Source of the DNA: a phage
Assembly: GCA_012813795.1 (NCBI GenBank)
Contig: GCA_012813795.1_4087.1
DNA: 64,000 bases
Strand: one strand, 5' to 3'
In this document: in pieces, positions 62,745 to 64,000 of the stretch
Position numbering within the stretch: position 1 is the first letter of the stretch
How the letters are laid out: each line of letters opens with the position of its first letter
Program-made: the position numbers and the translations under genes
The notes under the pieces: model-generated
What the model saw: only the letters and a program-made list of their open reading frames with translations
The model's database searches: none
Told to the model about the DNA's origin: nothing

Positions 62745-63058
62745 TGTCAAACTATAGTCAATATTCACCTTATGCAAAAGTTAAACAAACATGGTATCTG
62801 GATTATAACTTACCTCGTGACATAATTCCAGCAGATACTGATGATTTTTATGAAATACCTGCAAAGTACAACCACCAACCGTGGCGTTTAGCGTATGAAA
62901 TGTATGGCAATGAGCGTTTGTATTACGTATTTGCATTACTTAACCCTGATTTATTGGGTGAAGACCCTATTTACAACTTTCAAACTGGAATAACTATTAG
63001 AATACCTTCAAGTCAACGCATTCAAGCATACCTGAATGGTACACGCAGTGTAGGTTAA
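62744..63058 (+). CDS. LysM-like tail/baseplate protein (tail protein X / gp53-like)
   Basis: W.LAYEMYGNERLYYVFALLNPDLLGEDPIYNFQTGITIRIP fits the LysM-like tail protein X pattern (YG....L...NP.......G..L.IP). Confidence 0.45.
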   Translation: MSNYSQYSPYAKVKQTWYLDYNLPRDIIPADTDDFYEIPAKYNHQPWRLAYEMYGNERLYYVFALLNPDLLGEDPIYNFQTGITIRIPSSQRIQAYLNGTRSVG

Positions 63059-63067
63059 TGGAGTAAC

Positions 63068-64000
63068 ACATGGATACTAAAATTGGACTAGACCCTAGTC
63101 AGAGTAACAAATATGGTGCTAAAGTAAGTAATGTACAATCAAAACCAATCCAAAGCACACATACTGATAGAATTTATGACGATAAAAAGATTTCTGATTT
63201 TATTATTGACAATGAAAATGTTTTATTAAAATACAATTCAGCAACGTGGCACTTTACCTTGTTTGCCTTAGATAAAGATGACTTTAAGATGTTCTGGGAA
63301 AATCCAGATGCTGAAGTCCAACGTTATGTAATCACTGAAAGTGGCGTTACTGGTAAGTATAATATCACAAATGTTCAGATGACGCAAGCTGGACCGTCAA
63401 CACCTGGTATGACAACTAACTATACATTTAATACTGCTTCAATAAGTATGTCAGAAAACAATAGTATGAGTTTTTATGATGAGTTGATATCATTAAGTAA
63501 TAAACTTCGTTATCATAAATTTATGGATTTACCATTAATACTTGAACTCAAGTTTATTGGATACAATGAAGATGGCGTGCCACAAGTTATACCAAATACA
63601 ACAAAACGTTGGTCTGTTAAGATTAATAACGTTAAAGCAAGTGCTAGTGCAACTGGTAGTACAATGTTATATACCATTAACTTAGTACACAATCGTGCCG
63701 CTTTAGTCGATAACATTGAATGGACATTAAAAGAAACATTCTCATGCACTGCTGCACAATTTGGTACATTTTGTTATGACTTAGAAGATAAGTTAAATGA
63801 AATGTCAGAACAACAGTATGGTTATTTGTGTATGAAATTTCCAGAACTTGCAGATGGTAAATTTTTTGAATTTAAAGTTGCACCTGAACTAGCTGATATG
63901 TTCATAAACTATGATTCTAAACAAATGACTGAAGTAACTTCAACAAAAAATGGTTCACAGGGTTCTAAAAACTTTTCATGGAATCCAAGTACACCAATAT
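63068..64000 (+). CDS. putative baseplate structural protein, 5' part (continues past the window end)
   Basis: Frame open from the ATG at 63068 to the window end; same TAATGGAGTAACAC initiation motif as the gene at 62013. Confidence 0.5.

Overview
This window reads as a densely packed segment of a T4-like (Tevenvirinae-related) lytic myovirus genome, about 33% GC, with roughly 85 genes, most of them on the minus strand. All annotation is by eye from the six-frame track and the raw sequence; no database search was run. Recognisable modules: nucleotide metabolism (dda-like helicase, bacterial-type RNase HI, DHFR, NrdA/NrdB, MazG-like), replication and recombination (gp41 helicase, gp61 primase, gp43 polymerase, clamp-like protein, gp32, UvsX, UvsW, DexA-like exonuclease, gp46/gp47, T4-type RNase H), packaging and head (large terminase, portal gp20, protease gp21, scaffold gp22, major capsid gp23), a tail fibre, a gp55-like late sigma factor, and the start of a baseplate cluster. 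The genome also carries host-like translation and proteostasis genes (IF-3, ClpS-like, GroES). The most interesting signal is that three genes, including the essential large terminase, are each broken by a +1 frame change at an in-frame CGG followed by A, while CGG was not seen in frame in any other gene I sampled. This fits programmed +1 frameshifting at a hungry codon, or quadruplet decoding, but a systematic indel artefact is not excluded. A secondary candidate is an ORF-free region of about 1 kb holding a promoter-to-terminator unit that looks like a structured non-coding RNA. Coordinates of short motifs may be off by one or two bases. Gene order differs from T4 (the Mre11-like gene precedes the Rad50-like gene, the tail-fibre genes sit between the polymerase and the capsid module, and the terminase is far from the portal), so this is a mosaic relative rather than a close T4 homologue.
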